From the NCBI GenBank assembly GCA_035285125.1, contig JAYKHR010000011.1, positions 23,653 to 87,652 of the forward strand: 64,000 nt of DNA. Reading direction: 5' to 3'. A model generated the notes under the pieces. It made no database searches and was not told the DNA's origin. It worked only from the letters and a program-made list of their open reading frames with translations. A program made the position numbers and the translations under genes. Below, in pieces: positions 28,392 to 37,000 of this stretch (positions within the stretch are counted from its first letter, which is position 1; every line of letters begins with the position of its first letter). The DNA comes from Candidatus Sericytochromatia bacterium. GTDB taxonomy: Bacteria > Cyanobacteriota > Sericytochromatia > S15B-MN24 > JAQBPE01.

Positions 28392-28949
28392 GTGACGCAA
28401 ACCGCCGCCTTTCGGGCTGATCTGCTCTCCGTCTCGTCGCCGCAGCGTCTCTCTCAGGCCGTGGCGCAGCCGGGTGGCGCGGCCGGCCAGCCTGTCGGGT
28501 TTGCTGCCGACTCCCTGAGCCTGACGTCGCTCGACCCCATCGGGGGCAGCGGCGCCATCGGCCCCCGGGAGCGAGAGGCCCTGATCCGGGCCGTCGCCGC
28601 CGAGGCTCGCGGCGAGAGCTTCGAGGTGCAGGTGGCCGTGGCGCAGACCATCATCAACTACAGCCGTCGCCAGGGCTACCCGATCCCGAGCCTGGTGCGC
28701 TCCAGCTACCTGAGCTCCAACTACGACCACAACCGGGTGTACTTCACGATGCACCTCGGCAGCATCGAGAACCTGGACCGCACCGCGGCGGCCGTGGATG
28801 CGGCCATCCGGGGCGAGGCCGCCGTGGGGCGCCAGCTGATCTTCTTCCGTGACTCCAGCGGTTACCTGCCACCCTACGCGGACCACAACACCAAGGTCCG
28901 CATGGGACGGATGACGTTCTTCCGTGAGGTGCCGGGCGTTCAGATTTAG
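28392..28949 (+). CDS. cell wall hydrolase, SleB/CwlJ (Hydrolase_2)-like
   Basis: LIRAVAAEARGESFEVQVAVAQTIIN catalytic-Glu motif, AVDAAI.G, IFF and C-terminal MGRMTFF. AAAGGAG RBS. Confidence 0.82.
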   Translation: MTQTAAFRADLLSVSSPQRLSQAVAQPGGAAGQPVGFAADSLSLTSLDPIGGSGAIGPREREALIRAVAAEARGESFEVQVAVAQTIINYSRRQGYPIPSLVRSSYLSSNYDHNRVYFTMHLGSIENLDRTAAAVDAAIRGEAAVGRQLIFFRDSSGYLPPYADHNTKVRMGRMTFFREVPGVQI

Positions 28950-29001
28950 CCGGCGCCGCGCGGCGTCCTCGCCGCCAGCCTGGCCGGGCCGCCCGGCGCC
29001 C

Positions 29002-29844
29002 TCAGCGGCGCCCTTGCCCCCGCGCCGGCTGGCACCGGGGGCACAGGTGGGTGCCGCGCTGGCTGACGACGATCCGGCTGATCGGCGTGCCGCATCGCGG
29101 GCACGGCGCGTTCGTCCGGCCGTAGGCCTGGAAGTGGGTCTGGTTCCCGCCGATCTCGCCCGTGCCCGTGCGGTAGTCGCGCAGCGTGCTGCCCCGCCGC
29201 GCGATGGAGGCCTCCAGCACGGCCCGGATGGCCTCGTGCAGGCGCGCCGCCTCGGGGGCCGTCAGCGAGCAGGCCGGGCGCTCGGGGTGCACCCTGGCGC
29301 GCCACAGGGCCTCGTCGACATAGATGTTGCCGAGGCCAGCGATGAAGGCCTGGTCGAGCAGCAGGGGCTTGAGCCGGGTGGCGCGCTCGCCCAGGGCCCG
29401 CGCCAGCCAGGCTCGCGTGAAGCCGGCCTCGAGGGGCTCGGGGCCGAAGCTCGCGTCCAGGGCCGCCAGGCCCGCGGCGTCCAGCAGCCGCACGCGCCCG
29501 AACTTGCGGACGTCGCGCAGCACCAGCGCCCGTCCGTCCGCCAGGCGGAGCACGAGGCGCACGTGCGGGTCCCAGGGGGCGTCGGCGCTGGCGACGTAGA
29601 TGCTGCCGGACATTCGCAGGTGCACGGCGAGCGTCAGGTCCCCCGCGAGCCCCACCAGCAGCCACTTGGCGCGGCGGCCGACGTGCGTGATCCGGCGACC
29701 CGCCAGCGCGGCGACAAAGGCCTCGGGGCTGGGCGTCTCGATCAGCCGCGGCCAGTCGAGGTGGACGACGGCCGCGATGGTGGCACCGGCCACCTGGCTG
29801 GCCAGATCTCTGGCCGCCGTCTCGACTTCAGGAAGCTCGGGCAT
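29002..29844 (-). CDS. mutM: formamidopyrimidine-DNA glycosylase
   Basis: MPELPEVET, RRAKWL, HLRMSG, LLDQ..IAGLGNIYVDEAL and C-terminal CPRC...CPRCQ zinc finger. Confidence 0.97.
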   Translation of the reverse strand: MPELPEVETAARDLASQVAGATIAAVVHLDWPRLIETPSPEAFVAALAGRRITHVGRRAKWLLVGLAGDLTLAVHLRMSGSIYVASADAPWDPHVRLVLRLADGRALVLRDVRKFGRVRLLDAAGLAALDASFGPEPLEAGFTRAWLARALGERATRLKPLLLDQAFIAGLGNIYVDEALWRARVHPERPACSLTAPEAARLHEAIRAVLEASIARRGSTLRDYRTGTGEIGGNQTHFQAYGRTNAPCPRCGTPISRIVVSQRGTHLCPRCQPARGQGRR

Positions 29845-29863
29845 GACAGGGATTCTGGATTCG

Positions 29864-29918
29864 ATTTACCATTTCTTAACCAGACCTTAGGTAAGTTTTC
29901 AAGTTCTCTCCCCGATAA
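29864..29918 (+). promoter_or_regulatory. 11-bp-periodic TTAA-type boxes and sigma28-like promoter
   Basis: TTTACCA, TTAACCA, TTAGGTA and TTCAAGT start at 29865, 29876, 29887 and 29898. TAAGTTTT(29892)-N11-CCCGATAA(29911). Confidence 0.65.
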
Positions 29919-29947
29919 TGACGACACGCCCAAGCCCGGAGACCGCC

Positions 29948-30763
29948 ATGCCTCGCTCCCCCCTGCGCCGCTCCATCTCGCTCGCTGCCGCCGCCTTGCT
30001 GGCTGGCGCCGTGATGCTGTCCGGCTGTGGGCGTCAGGCCGTGAACCCCCTCGCGCCCGAGGACCCGCCGCCGGGGGCTGAGGAGCCGGGCCTCGAACCG
30101 GAGGAACCTGGCCCCGGAGAGCCATCATACCCGATGCCGCCGGGCAACCCGAGTGGGGGCGCCGGCCCCGCGCCGCGCCCGGTCTCGCCGGTGGCACCTG
30201 GCAGACCCCCAGCGGTCCGCCCCGCGCTGCGTCCGCTGCCGAAGCCCACGGCCACGCCGCTCGTCAAGCGCCCGGCAGCGGCCCCCGCGCCGGACCCTGC
30301 GGCGGACATGGCGGCCTTCATCGACCTGCTCGGCCAGTTCGGCTACGACCCCGGCGCGCGCGACGCCCAGAACATCCGGATGCAGCTGGCCGTCGTGCAC
30401 CGCGTGCCGCAGCAGCGGCTTCGGTGGGTGAGCAGCCCGACGCTCGGCCTGACTTACGGCCAGCGTGTGAAGGACTTCCCCAAGCCGCTCACGTACGATC
30501 AGTGGAAGGCCGAGGGGTTGGAGCTCGCCCGCCGCGCCAACGGCATCGCGTACTACGTCGGCCGGCGCGCCCTGTATCGCGACATCCTGCGCGATCGCTA
30601 CAACGACACGGGCACTGATGCGGAGCTCGTGTTCTACAAGCGCCTCGAGGGCACGCCCCTGTTCGTCTCGTACCGCGCGGATGGCCAGCTCGACGACTAC
30701 GGCTTTTTCCGCGTGGTGGACTGGCGCAACTTCCTGCCCGTGCCGGGCTCCATCTGGCAGTAG
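29948..30763 (+). CDS. lipoprotein, Pro-rich linker plus unknown C-terminal domain
   Basis: GGAG RBS and lipobox MLSGC. The C-terminal domain resembles that of 32800..33639. Confidence 0.8.
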   Translation: MPRSPLRRSISLAAAALLAGAVMLSGCGRQAVNPLAPEDPPPGAEEPGLEPEEPGPGEPSYPMPPGNPSGGAGPAPRPVSPVAPGRPPAVRPALRPLPKPTATPLVKRPAAAPAPDPAADMAAFIDLLGQFGYDPGARDAQNIRMQLAVVHRVPQQRLRWVSSPTLGLTYGQRVKDFPKPLTYDQWKAEGLELARRANGIAYYVGRRALYRDILRDRYNDTGTDAELVFYKRLEGTPLFVSYRADGQLDDYGFFRVVDWRNFLPVPGSIWQ

Positions 30764-30770
30764 GTCTGTC

Positions 30771-31685
30771 ATGCGCCTGCTGCTGCCTGCCCTCGTCCTC
30801 GCCCTCGCGGCCCTCACCTCGGCCTGCGCCCAGGCGCCCGGCCTGTCGCCCCGGGCCCGGGCCCAGGGGCCCCTGGCTGCCCGCGGAGCCTGGGAACCGC
30901 CCACGGTGCTCGAAGACTTCGACACCGTCGACAACCAGTACGACAACCTGAGCCCCGTGGGGCACCCGTTCCTCGAGCCCCTCGAGTTCACCCCCGTGAA
31001 GCCCAGTGCGGCGGGCTCCACGGTGCTGGAGATCCTGGCTGCCAACCGCCCCCGCCCCCGCAAGGGTTTCCTCGTGACGGGAGACATCGCCGAGGCAGGG
31101 GCCCTGACCCGCGAGGTCGGCGAGAAGACCCAGCTCGCCGAGCAGGCCACCGTGCGCTTCCGGTGGGGTGTCAACGCGGGCGCCACGCTCGATCCGTCGC
31201 TGCTGGCGGAGGTGGTGTTCGTCTTCGAGTCTAAGCGGCTCGGGCGCAAGGGCCTCGGCTACGTCTGGAGCACCCGCCACTGCCCGGGCACGGTGCTGTC
31301 CGGCCAGATGGGCGCGGGCGAGGGCGCGGTGCCCCTTCGTCTGATCGTGCTCGCGCAGGGCGTCGGCCTCGGGCAGTCCTGCAGTGAGGCGGCGCTCAAC
31401 AAGATCGGCCTGGCCTCCGTCGAGCGGGACCTCGCGGCGGACGTGCGCTGGGCCTTTTCCGAGTCCACCCCGCTGGGCGACGTGCCCTTCGCGAGCGAGC
31501 CCTCGGGCTGTAGCGAGGGCAAGCCGCAACCGCCACGCCAGTTCGCGTTCGACGCCGCGGGCCGGGCGCTGCCCAACACCGACCTGCTCGGCGTGACGGC
31601 GCTCGCCTTCGGCGCTGAGGTTGCCAAGGGCGTCTGCGCCCAGGCCGTCGTGGACGACGTCACGCTGCAGAAGCAGTGGCCCTGA
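30771..31685 (+). CDS. DUF3047-like lipoprotein
   Basis: Lipobox LTSAC. LGYVWS..., LRLIVL, ERDLAADV..AF and VDDVTL resemble the DUF3047 pattern. Confidence 0.6.
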   Translation: MRLLLPALVLALAALTSACAQAPGLSPRARAQGPLAARGAWEPPTVLEDFDTVDNQYDNLSPVGHPFLEPLEFTPVKPSAAGSTVLEILAANRPRPRKGFLVTGDIAEAGALTREVGEKTQLAEQATVRFRWGVNAGATLDPSLLAEVVFVFESKRLGRKGLGYVWSTRHCPGTVLSGQMGAGEGAVPLRLIVLAQGVGLGQSCSEAALNKIGLASVERDLAADVRWAFSESTPLGDVPFASEPSGCSEGKPQPPRQFAFDAAGRALPNTDLLGVTALAFGAEVAKGVCAQAVVDDVTLQKQWP

Positions 31686-31692
31686 GCCTGCC

Positions 31693-32688
31693 GTGCCTGC
31701 CCCCTTCCGCCTCGCCTTGCCCCTGGTGCCCCTGCTGCTGGCAGGGGGCATCGGGGCAAGCTGCGGCACCCTGGGCCCCGGGGCGGAGCTGATCGTCCGC
31801 GTCGTGGATGCCCGCTCCGGGCAGGGCGTCCCGGGGGCCACCGTGGAGGTCGACTGGCAGGTGCTCCGCACGGCCGGCGCTGGCGCCGCCCGCGTCTCGC
31901 TGCGCCCTGGGGCCTACGAGCTCACCGTCTCCCACGGGGGCTACGAGCCCTCGGTGTCCTCCGTGATGCTCGCCCCCGGCGCCACCCTGGCGCGCACGGT
32001 GGGCCTGCGCCCGCGGCCCGAGGCGGCGAGCCCCCAGCCGTCCCCGGCCGGGACGCCGGGCACCTCGCCGACGCCCTCGCCTGGCGCTTCTCCGTCGGCG
32101 GAGCCTGGGGCCGTCGTGTTCGGCAAGGTCACGGACGGCAAGGGCGGCCGGCTCGCCGGGGCCCTGGTGCTGGTGGAGTCCACGTGGGGCGTGCCGCTGG
32201 CGGAGGCCCGCACCACGGCCGTCGGCGAGTTCCGCTTCCCGGGCCTCCCGCGGCGCCAGCCTGCCAAGTTCACTGCGATTGCGGACGGCCACCGCTCCAT
32301 CACGCGGGTCGTCACGCCTGCCGGCGAGTGGCGGCTGGACTTCACGGGTGTCCACGCCCTCGCGCCCGAGCGCCCACCCGTCACGGAGCCCGGCGGCCCT
32401 CCGGTGGTGAAGGTCGATGCCCTCGTGACGAACGCGCTCGGCACGGCCGTCGATGGGGCCGTCCTGCGCGCCGAGAGCGAGGCCGTGCGCTTTCCCTTTG
32501 CCACCACGCTCGTGACCAAGCTCGGCCACGCCGAGTTCCTCTGCCCCTCCGGCATTCCCGTGCGGTTCACCGCGACCAAGGTGGGCCACCGCCCCATCAC
32601 TTTCGTCGAGCGGCTGGAGCCCGTGCCCGGCGGCGGCCCGCTGCGCCTGGACTTCAAGGGCGGCCGGGCCCTGGTGCCCGCGCCCTGA
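31693..32688 (+). CDS. carboxypeptidase-regulatory-like (beta-sandwich) repeat lipoprotein
   Basis: Lipobox IGASC. Three V.V.D..G..V.GA.V units. Confidence 0.75.
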   Translation: MPAPFRLALPLVPLLLAGGIGASCGTLGPGAELIVRVVDARSGQGVPGATVEVDWQVLRTAGAGAARVSLRPGAYELTVSHGGYEPSVSSVMLAPGATLARTVGLRPRPEAASPQPSPAGTPGTSPTPSPGASPSAEPGAVVFGKVTDGKGGRLAGALVLVESTWGVPLAEARTTAVGEFRFPGLPRRQPAKFTAIADGHRSITRVVTPAGEWRLDFTGVHALAPERPPVTEPGGPPVVKVDALVTNALGTAVDGAVLRAESEAVRFPFATTLVTKLGHAEFLCPSGIPVRFTATKVGHRPITFVERLEPVPGGGPLRLDFKGGRALVPAP

Positions 32689-32718
32689 AGAAAATGCGCG
32701 CCGACGGCCGCTCCCACG

Positions 32719-32788
32719 CAAGTTGGTGGACCGAAGTGGCGATAAGAAGTTAAGATTGGTTGAAGAAAAGAATTAACAATGTTTAAAG
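32719..32788 (+). promoter_or_regulatory. sigma28-like promoter followed by TTAA boxes
   Basis: CAAGTT(32719), CAAG-N15-GGCGATAA(32738). TTAAG, TGAAG and TTAAA at 32750, 32761 and 32783. Confidence 0.55.
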
Positions 32789-32799
32789 AGGGCCTCCTG

Positions 32800-33639
32800 A
32801 TGACCGCCTCGCTTCGTCGCCTCACCGGCCTTGCTGCCGCCGCCGTGCTCGCGCCCACGCTGCTGGCCACGGGCTGTGGCCAGCTGCCGCGCGGCGGGGT
32901 TGGGCCGGTCCGCGCGGAGGCGGCGTCCCGCACCGGCTACGCCGTGCGCTTCCAGCCGCGGCCCCAGGTCCGGAGCCTGCGGGCGCCGCTCCCCGGCACC
33001 GCCGGGCGGCTCGAGGAGGCCGACGAGCCCGGCGAGGAGCCCGCGCCCGCGCCGATCGCGGCCCCCACGGCGGGGGGCTTGCGGCCGCTGCCGAGGCCGA
33101 CGCCCACCGCCCCGCCCAAGCCGCCCGCGCCGCCGCCGGCCCCCGACGAGGTCGACGAACTGCTGGTGCTGCTGCAGAACTTCGGCTACAACGGCACGCG
33201 CGCCCAGATGGTCAAGGCGCTGCAGGCCTGCATCTTCGCCTACCCGATCAACGCCCCCGAGTCGCCCGGCGGCTGGGACAAGCGCATCGACCCGCGCGAG
33301 CACTACGAGTGGTGGAAGAAGACCCTGCCACCCGACGAGACGGCCACCTTCAACGACTACATGCAGCAGTCCTTGCTGATCGCGCAGAACAAGTTCGATG
33401 TGGTCTATTACATCTGGATCTCGAAGCAGTACAATCCCAACCAGGCCAAGCGCGAGCACCGCAACTCCCCCTTCGTCGACCTCAACGAGCAGCTGCCCGT
33501 GGTCAAGGGCATCGCGGGGGGCGGCTGGATGGTTCAGATCGCACCCAACGCCACCATCCACGACTACCTCAAGATCCCGACGCAGTACCTGCGCGACCTC
33601 AACCACCTGGTCCGCATCCCCGAGTCCCTGTACTTCTGA
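32800..33639 (+). CDS. lipoprotein, Pro-rich linker plus unknown C-terminal domain
   Basis: GAGGG RBS and lipobox LATGC. Paralogous to 29948..30763. Confidence 0.8.
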   Translation: MTASLRRLTGLAAAAVLAPTLLATGCGQLPRGGVGPVRAEAASRTGYAVRFQPRPQVRSLRAPLPGTAGRLEEADEPGEEPAPAPIAAPTAGGLRPLPRPTPTAPPKPPAPPPAPDEVDELLVLLQNFGYNGTRAQMVKALQACIFAYPINAPESPGGWDKRIDPREHYEWWKKTLPPDETATFNDYMQQSLLIAQNKFDVVYYIWISKQYNPNQAKREHRNSPFVDLNEQLPVVKGIAGGGWMVQIAPNATIHDYLKIPTQYLRDLNHLVRIPESLYF

Positions 33640-34061
33640 TGACCGACGATCACGAGCCCATCTCCGTCACGCCCGTCGGCCCCGCCGGGGGCCTCCAGCC
33701 AGCCGGTTGGGAGCGCCTGGCCGCCGCGGCCGCGCACGCGTCGCCGCTGTACGCGCCGCTGCTGGGCCCGGCCCTCATCTGGCTCGTGGGCGGCAACGTG
33801 GGCGGCTCGCGGTTCGTGGCGAGCCAGGGCCTGCAGGCCCTGCTGTTTCATTTGCTGGTGACGGTCCTGCTGACGACCCTCTGGGGCGCCTCCTATGCGC
33901 TCTGGGCGCTGATCCTGATCGGCTGGCCGTTCGCCCTGGTCCTGACGGCCTTCGCGGTCCTCGCCACGCTCTGGGCGGCCTGGCACTGCTTCTGGGCGAC
34001 GCTGGCGGCCTTCGGTGGGCGGGCCTATCGCCTGCCGATCGTCGGCATCATCGAGCGCTGA
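33639..34061 (+). CDS. DUF4870-like membrane protein
   Basis: TGATG coupling. ERLAAAAAH, GPALIWL, FVASQGLQALLF and C-terminal G.AYRLPIVG. Confidence 0.8.
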   Translation: MTDDHEPISVTPVGPAGGLQPAGWERLAAAAAHASPLYAPLLGPALIWLVGGNVGGSRFVASQGLQALLFHLLVTVLLTTLWGASYALWALILIGWPFALVLTAFAVLATLWAAWHCFWATLAAFGGRAYRLPIVGIIER

Positions 34062-34077
34062 GCCCCAGCCCCGCGGC

Positions 34078-37000
34078 TCACTCCTCCAGCCGGGCCAGCA
34101 CCATCGCCCCGGCGGCCGAGGCCGTGAGGAGCCCGTCGCCCGGGTCCATTGCCTCGCCGAGCAGCACCACGACGCCCCAGACGGGGGCGGTGGGACCCTC
34201 TGCCAGGGGCACGGCGATCGCCTGGGTGCCGAGCGCGCGCACCTCGCGCTCGCCCATGGCCTGCGCGCAGAGCTCGGCATCCACGAGTTCGGGGGAGAAG
34301 GGGATGGTCCCGGCGCCCCGCGCCACCGCGACGTAGGGCTCCAGCGCCTGATCGAGCACGAAGGCGCGCGTGGCGCCGGGGACCAGTTCGAAGCAGCAGC
34401 TGGCGAGGGCCGCGCCGACGGCGGCGGGCTCGCTGGCCCCGAACAGCCGGGGCCAGAGGGCGTTCAGGGCGCGCGCCTCCCGCAGGGCCTGGCTCAGCCT
34501 GGCGAGTTCCTCAGCAGGGGCGGTCACGCGCGGCAGCAGCGCCCGGGCCTCCGTCAGCAGCGTCTCCAGCCGTGCGGCGAGGGCGGGGGGGGCGTCGTCG
34601 TCCTCCGCGTGCAGGCCCTGCAGCGTGCGCTCGACGCGCTCGACCTCGATGGCCAGCTTCTCGGCGCCGAGGGCCAGGGCCGTCCGCCGGCCCTGCTCCA
34701 GCCACCCGGCGGCCTCGGAGCGGGCGCCGGCGTCGATGGCGATCTGGCCGAGCCGCAGGGCGGCCTGGGCCACCAGCAGCTGGTTCGGCTGCGCGAGCAC
34801 GGCGCGAAGCTCCTGGCGCGCCCGCTCGCGATCGCCCGTGCGGGCGGCCCAGACGCCCAGCAGGTAGGTCCGGCGCCCTTCGAGGTCCACCCGGTTGGAG
34901 GCCTTCACCGCCGCCGCCGCGACGTGCAGGGCGTGGGCTGCCTCCGGGAACATGCCCAGGTGCAGCAGCGCCTCGGCCTGCCACAGCCAGATGCGGGCCA
35001 CCACGGCTGGCGTCGCCGTGGACGGCAGGCGCCGCAGGGCCTCACTGCCGAGCGCCAGCCCGGCCTCCTTGTCGCCGCGCACCGCGCGGATGAGCCCCTC
35101 CAGCGTCTGGGCCTCGAGCGTCGCGGCCACGTCCTGGCGTGCCTCGGCCCGGTGCCGGGCCTCCTTCGCGTGGTCGCGGGCCGCCTCCGTCTCGCCGAGC
35201 GCGAACATCACCTGCGCGGCCTGGACCGAGGCCTGGATGGACATCGCCGGCTCGGCGAGTTCCTCGGCCACGGCCAGCGCCCGCGTGATCGTGGTGCGCG
35301 CGAACAGCACCTCGCCGCGCGCCATCTCGGCGTCGGCCAGGCTCAGCAGCGACTGCCCGAGCCTGGGGCGGTCGCCCTCGGTCTCGAACAGCGCGCACGC
35401 CTGCTGCAGCAGCGCCACGCCCTCGCCCTGGCGCTCCCGCGGGCCGAGCGCCAGGACGGCACCGAAGGCCGTGAGGGCCAGGGCGCGCGGCAGCTGGGCA
35501 GCCTCCGCGGCCGCCCCGATCGCGGCCTCACCGCTCTCGCTCGCGGCCTCCAGCCGGCCCAGGGCGTGCTGTGACTCCGTGAGCCCGGCGAGGGCCAGCG
35601 CGAGGAGGTCCATGTCCCCCATGGCCTGCGCGTGGCCGGCGGCCTCCTGCCAGGCGCCGACGGCCTCCTCATGCAGGCTCAGCGTGGCGAGCACGCGCGC
35701 GAGGGCCAGGTTCGAGGCGGGCCGCTCGGGGCCCGAGGGAAGGCGTCCCCGGGCCTCTCGCAGGCACGTGAGCGCGGCCTGCAGGTCGCCGGCCTGCCGG
35801 TAGGCCTCGCCCAGCGTCGCGAGGTAGCTGCCTCGCAGCGGGTGCTCGGCGTCGAGCATCACGAGCGCCTCCTCGAGCACCTGGCGGGCCGTCTCGTGGC
35901 CGCCGAGCAGCAGCACGCGGCGGGCGGCCGTCAGGGCCTGCGGCACGGCGACGTCCGGCCGCTCGGCGCGCAGCGCGTGCAGCGCGGCGGTGAGGGGATC
36001 GAGCGCCAGGCGGCCCGATTGCAGGGCCTCGACGAGGGTGCGCTGGAGCGTCAGTTGGCGCTCGGGCGGCAGGGCGCGGGCATACATCGTGGCGTAGTCG
36101 GGGTGGGTGAACTGGTAGCTGCCCCCGGCTCGCGTCAGGATGCCCGCCCGGAGCAGGGCGTCGAGGCCAGTCGCGAAGGTCTCCAGCTCTGGCACCAGCG
36201 CCTCCAGGGCGGCTGGCCGGATGATCGGCGCGAGCAGCGCCGCCGCCCCGCCCACCGCCCACGCGTGGCCGTCCAGGGCGCTGCCGCGCCGCCACGCGAG
36301 GGCCCCCACGGTCTCCGGCCACTCGGGGGGTGGGGGGAGGTCGCAGAGGGCGCCGTTGATGCGGATCTCGCCAGCGTCACGCCAGAGCGCGAGCAGGGTT
36401 CGCACGAACCAGGGCTGCCCCGCCGCCGCCGCCGCGAGGGTCTGCAGCTCGGCCTCGCGGGCGGGCGGCGCCGGCAGCATCGCCCGGGCCAGCTCGAGCG
36501 CTTCGGCCTGGCTGAAGGGGGGGACGTCCAGCGTCGGCCAGCCCGGCTCGCCCGTGCGGCCCGGCTGGCCGGCCACAAGCCACAGCACGGGGGCTGCCGC
36601 GAGCCGTCGCACCACCTGCGCCAGCATCTCCCGGCTGGCCTCGTCCGCCTCGTCCCAGTCGTCCACGAGCACCACGAGCCCCTGTGGCGCCACCGCGCCC
36701 AGCAACTCCGTGAGCGCGCTGCCGAGCCGGCGCCGGAGCAGCTCGCCCCCGAGGGGGCCGTCCAGGCTCGCGCGGCCCTCCTCCTCGGGGCCTGTCCCCG
36801 GGGGCGGCGCCATCAGGGGGGCCAGCCGCAGGCGACACCGCTCCAGCAGGCCGGGGTGCCGCTCCTGGGCCAGCTGGGTGAGGCCTCGCAAGGCGTCCCG
36901 CCAGGGCGCCAGGGGCCAGGCGTACAGCCCGAGCCCCCGCAGGCGAACCACCGGGTAGCCCGCTCGCCCCGCCGCGGCGGCGGCCAGCGACAGCACCGTG

